A stretch of DNA of 24,000 bases from Acinetobacter phage vB_AbaM_DLP2, in the sequence record OP946502.1, one strand, 5' to 3'. The notes beneath the pieces are model-generated. The model was given only the letters and a program-made list of their open reading frames with translations. It was not told where the DNA came from and made no database searches. Below, piece after piece: positions 23,470 through 24,000 of this stretch; positions within the stretch are counted from its first letter, which is position 1, and each line of letters starts with the position of its first letter. A program made the translations under genes and the position numbers.

Positions 23470-24000
23470 TGACAAAGTATATTTTAGCTAGCACATTTGA
23501 AGAAGCATTCAAACGCCTCAATTATCTAGTGATTACTGAACCTGAATTTGTCACGGATTCTCGTATCGGCAAATGTCGTGAAATCGGATCAATTCTTTTA
23601 GAGGTAGCACTTCCAGATATTGGTGCAACATTTAAAGACAAACGTATCAATCGTATTGATTATGGTTATGCTGAAAAATTCTGGGAATTCATGATTCAAG
23701 GTGGCACAGATGCGGAACAAGCGTTTAAGGAGTATCCAAATGTCGCGAAGTTCATTGCAAAGCCGAAGACGGATACTCTTCCTTCGAATTTCAACACCTT
23801 CTACGGGCCACGAATCGTTGCCCAAATGCCAGCTCTTATTAAAGAACTTAAAGAAAAACCAAACTCACGACGAGTAGTTTTCCAAATTCTTCAGGAGCAA
23901 GACCAAGTTCTTTTAGATTCAGATGAAACTTTAGAATACCCGTGCACGGATTCTATTACGTTTTATATTCGTGAAGGGCTACTTTATATGCATACTCATA
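23469..24000 (+). CDS. thymidylate synthase / dCMP hydroxymethylase superfamily protein, N-terminal part (runs off the right edge)
   Basis: From ATG at 23469: MTKYILASTFEEAFKRL...NFNTFYGPRIVAQMPALIKELKEKPNSRRVVFQILQEQDQVLLDSDETLEYPCTDSITFYIREGLLYMHTH; catalytic Cys in YPCT. Confidence 0.8.
   Translation, partial: MTKYILASTFEEAFKRLNYLVITEPEFVTDSRIGKCREIGSILLEVALPDIGATFKDKRINRIDYGYAEKFWEFMIQGGTDAEQAFKEYPNVAKFIAKPKTDTLPSNFNTFYGPRIVAQMPALIKELKEKPNSRRVVFQILQEQDQVLLDSDETLEYPCTDSITFYIREGLLYMHTH

Noticed and set aside
1-24000. CRISPR array, retron, toxin-antitoxin or transposon
   Set aside because: No regularly spaced direct repeats, reverse transcriptase, paired toxin-antitoxin ORFs or terminal inverted repeats with a transposase were seen.

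Overview
This 24 kb window is from a T4-related (Tevenvirinae-like) phage genome with low apparent GC. A long minus-strand early-gene block (1..15898) faces a plus-strand block (16246..24000). Recognisable T4 homologues are RIIA (partial), RNA ligase 2, topoisomerase large-subunit pieces gp60 and gp39, GH24 lysozyme, DexA, Dda and the C-terminal part of DNA polymerase gp43. The strongest finding is on the minus strand at 6773..6820. A gp60 homologue is interrupted by a 43-nt non-coding gap that looks like a divergent version of the T4 gene 60 ribosomal-bypass element. Its take-off codon GAU is directly followed by UAG. Both lie in a perfect 10-bp stem capped by UUCG. The likely landing codon is a synonymous GAC placed 6 nt after a GAG, and the upstream nascent peptide (YKAQTNVRR) resembles that of T4. 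It sits beside an HNH endonuclease gene that appears frameshifted, in the same arrangement as T4 39/mobA/60. Other notable items are a split DNA polymerase whose N-terminal half is not next to the C-terminal half, and a KpsF-like isomerase / nucleotidyltransferase-kinase fusion / HAD phosphatase / thymidylate-synthase-superfamily run that could make an activated arabinose-type sugar for DNA modification. There is also an operator-like 22-bp palindrome with a hairpin-rich leader at the transcription divergence point, a phage-encoded SMR-like transporter with Asp at the key acidic position, an ATP-grasp plus lipoprotein cassette, and a membrane-anchored J-domain protein. All homology calls come from recalled family sequences and motifs. 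No database search was run.
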